From an uncultured Kiloniellaceae bacterium (GTDB lineage: Bacteria > Pseudomonadota > Alphaproteobacteria > Kiloniellales > Kiloniellaceae): a stretch of DNA of 40,132 nucleotides. Location: NCBI GenBank assembly GCA_964503295.1, contig CAZDBC010000001.1:5872-46003 (forward strand). The letters run 5' to 3'. The translations under genes were made by a program, and so were the position numbers. This document shows, in pieces, positions 38,756-40,132 of the stretch. The notes under the pieces are model-generated. The model saw nothing but the letters and a program-made list of their open reading frames with translations. It ran no database searches and was not told the origin of the DNA. The first letter of the stretch is position 1; every line of letters starts with the position of its first letter.

Positions 38756-39153
38756 AGACCCTCACGGCTCGATCGATCTTTGAATGCACGGTGAAGGATA
38801 CCGAGTGGTACCAGGAGATCGAGGCTGCCAGCGCCGGCAAGGCAAAGTACGCGTATTTGATGGCCATCCGCGAAGCCTGGCCCGACGTCCGCTTTACAGA
38901 TATCCAAGTGAGACGGATTTGCCAACGGGACACGAAAAACGGGCCATCGCCCGAGGTCAATGCGCAGGACTGGAACGAAGCGCACCCCGTTGGAACTCAG
39001 GTTCACGTGAGGCAAGACGACGGGGTCACACTGCTGACCAAAACGCGGAGCGCCGCCCAGGTGCTCGGAGGCCATACCGCAGTTGTCTGGCTGGATGGCG
39101 TCGCCGGCTGTTACCGGCTGGACAGATGTGCTCCGCTGGAGCCAGCGGTATGA
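38752..39153 (+). CDS. Hypothetical protein (133 aa, GTG start)
   Basis: A GTGA overlap joins it upstream. The reading frame is that of track ORF 38656..39153. Confidence 0.45.
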   Translation: MKTLTARSIFECTVKDTEWYQEIEAASAGKAKYAYLMAIREAWPDVRFTDIQVRRICQRDTKNGPSPEVNAQDWNEAHPVGTQVHVRQDDGVTLLTKTRSAAQVLGGHTAVVWLDGVAGCYRLDRCAPLEPAV

Positions 39154-39365
39154 CCCTCATGGAACTGATGGCAGCACTCAAAGGCGCCGAGGCCCGCGAC
39201 TCGGCTGACTACCGACTCCAGCTTTTCCCCGACGGATCGGGGGGTGTTTACATGGACTTCCCGGACGATTCCGAAGCACGATTCGAGTTCGATCGCGTCG
39301 TCGAACTGGAAAAGTGGCTAGAGAAATCGGAACCGCAGGGCAGGGCCACGGATGAGCCTCATTGA
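39150..39365 (+). CDS. Hypothetical protein (71 aa)
   Basis: An ATGA overlap joins it upstream. The N-terminus is 'MTLMELMAALKGAEARD...'. Confidence 0.45.
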   Translation: MTLMELMAALKGAEARDSADYRLQLFPDGSGGVYMDFPDDSEARFEFDRVVELEKWLEKSEPQGRATDEPH

Positions 39366-39606
39366 GCTCACTGACCAGGCGCTTGTCGCCGCTCTGGCGC
39401 ACATGCGCGGTGTGTCATTACACGAGCGCCTGCGCGTGCTCGCGAATCTGCTGTCCGCCTGGGGCGATCCGGTGACGCCTGAGGAGCTGGGCTACCGCGC
39501 CAGGCGGCACTTGGCCCCACGTTCGAGGGAAGGAGAAGTTGGAAATGATCAAAGCGGTAGGAACATTCGACAGCCGGGAGGTACTGCTCCTTGGCCTCAG
39601 CCGTGA
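39352..39606 (+). CDS. Hypothetical protein (84 aa)
   Basis: Track ORF. Its tail overlaps the next gene by about 60 nt, so the 3' portion may not be functional protein. Confidence 0.4.
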   Translation: MSLIELTDQALVAALAHMRGVSLHERLRVLANLLSAWGDPVTPEELGYRARRHLAPRSREGEVGNDQSGRNIRQPGGTAPWPQP

Positions 39607-39790
39607 GAATTTTGAGCGGCTGCTCAGGAAGGAGCCCATCTTCCTTGCCATCGAGGATGTCGGGTTGTCATACCCTCTCGATCTCCTCATCGTGGCCGGC
39701 GAAACGGAAGCGGGGATAACCCACGATCTGCAACATCTCATCGGCGACGAGACCGAGATCGTGATCGTGGCAAGAAAGGGCAGATCGTGA
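39545..39790 (+). CDS. Hypothetical protein (81 aa from ATG 39545)
   Basis: A GGAGAAG RBS lies 6 nt upstream of ATG 39545. Confidence 0.5.
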   Translation: MIKAVGTFDSREVLLLGLSRENFERLLRKEPIFLAIEDVGLSYPLDLLIVAGETEAGITHDLQHLIGDETEIVIVARKGRS

Positions 39791-40132
39791 CCGACGAACG
39801 GCCATGCCCGCCGGAGCAATACACGCTCCAGGCCAGAATGTTCCTGGCCGACTATGAGCTCTGGCGGTTTACCGTCGAAGATCGGCTGCCATTGCCTGGT
39901 ACAGCCTCACAGGATGAGGACCTCGACCGCAACCGCTTCCTGGAGGAGTGGACCCAGCGGCTCGCTATGGCGTTTCGCGCGTATCACGCAGATGGAATCG
40001 ACCATGCCGCCACATTAGTGCGGTCGCAAGGCACGCGCCCCGGCCTGACCGCTTTCGACCGCCGGCTTTGGATCAGAATCTGGACGAAACTCTGGAACAC
40101 GGCATCGGCGGTTCGGCACGCCTGGCCGCTGC
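39787..40132 (+). CDS. Hypothetical protein, 3' end outside window
   Basis: A GTGA overlap joins it upstream. Manual translation ('VTDERPCPPEQYTLQARMFLADYELWRF...') shows no stop up to the window edge. It is not in the track because it is open-ended. Confidence 0.45.
   Translation, partial: MTDERPCPPEQYTLQARMFLADYELWRFTVEDRLPLPGTASQDEDLDRNRFLEEWTQRLAMAFRAYHADGIDHAATLVRSQGTRPGLTAFDRRLWIRIWTKLWNTASAVRHAWPL

Larger units (their letters stand above)
1..40132. mobile_element. Phage/prophage genome segment with P22-like morphogenesis gene order (both ends open)
   Basis: Contiguous terS, terL, portal, scaffold, coat, gp4-like, gp10-like, fibre and ejection-type genes on the minus strand, plus an early/replication region on the plus strand. 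No flanking host genes are visible. Confidence 0.85.

Noticed and set aside
1-40132. tRNA, rRNA or CRISPR content
   Set aside because: I saw no cloverleaf-like segments with conserved T-loop (GTTCGAATC-type) context and no spaced direct-repeat arrays by eye. A tRNAscan-type search would be needed to exclude tRNAs formally.

Overview
The window is one high-GC phage or prophage genome segment with P22-like podovirus architecture. From about 27100 down to 1 (minus strand) runs one long leftward operon, mostly joined by ATGA/GTGA stop-start overlaps. In order it encodes two sigma-70 region-4-only proteins, a small serine recombinase and terS. Next come three Sec-signal proteins (one a 628-aa pectate-lyase-like beta-helix), terL, and an insert holding a small membrane protein and a complete sigma factor. 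Then follow portal, scaffold, P22-type coat, two gp4-like adaptor paralogues, a gp10-like hub and a 1096-aa fibre with duplicated modules and a CBM-like domain. The operon ends with a GNAT, two internal/ejection-type proteins, and a giant SLT/ParB-like ORF of more than 1540 codons. That ORF runs off the left edge and is absent from the ORF track. Coordinates 27300-40132 are an early/accessory region of short, alternately oriented operons separated by A/T-rich promoter regions. It holds a Cas4/RecB-like nuclease, a replication-initiator candidate with an origin-like structure inside its own gene, ASCH and HNH proteins, and many small ORFs. The most unusual signals are these: (1) a TGAAC-N4-GTTCA palindrome family, with three phased copies in a 500-bp noncoding gap, two perfect 24-bp copies 114 bp apart inside the initiator gene, and the same 14-mer at the stop codon of the recombinase gene next to terS; (2) three exported proteins wedged between terS and terL; (3) three sigma-like genes, one inserted between terL and portal; (4) the giant polyvalent-type virion protein. 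I recognised no tRNA, rRNA, CRISPR, tyrosine integrase, CI-type repressor or endolysin. All functional calls come from motif recognition by eye plus synteny; no search was run.
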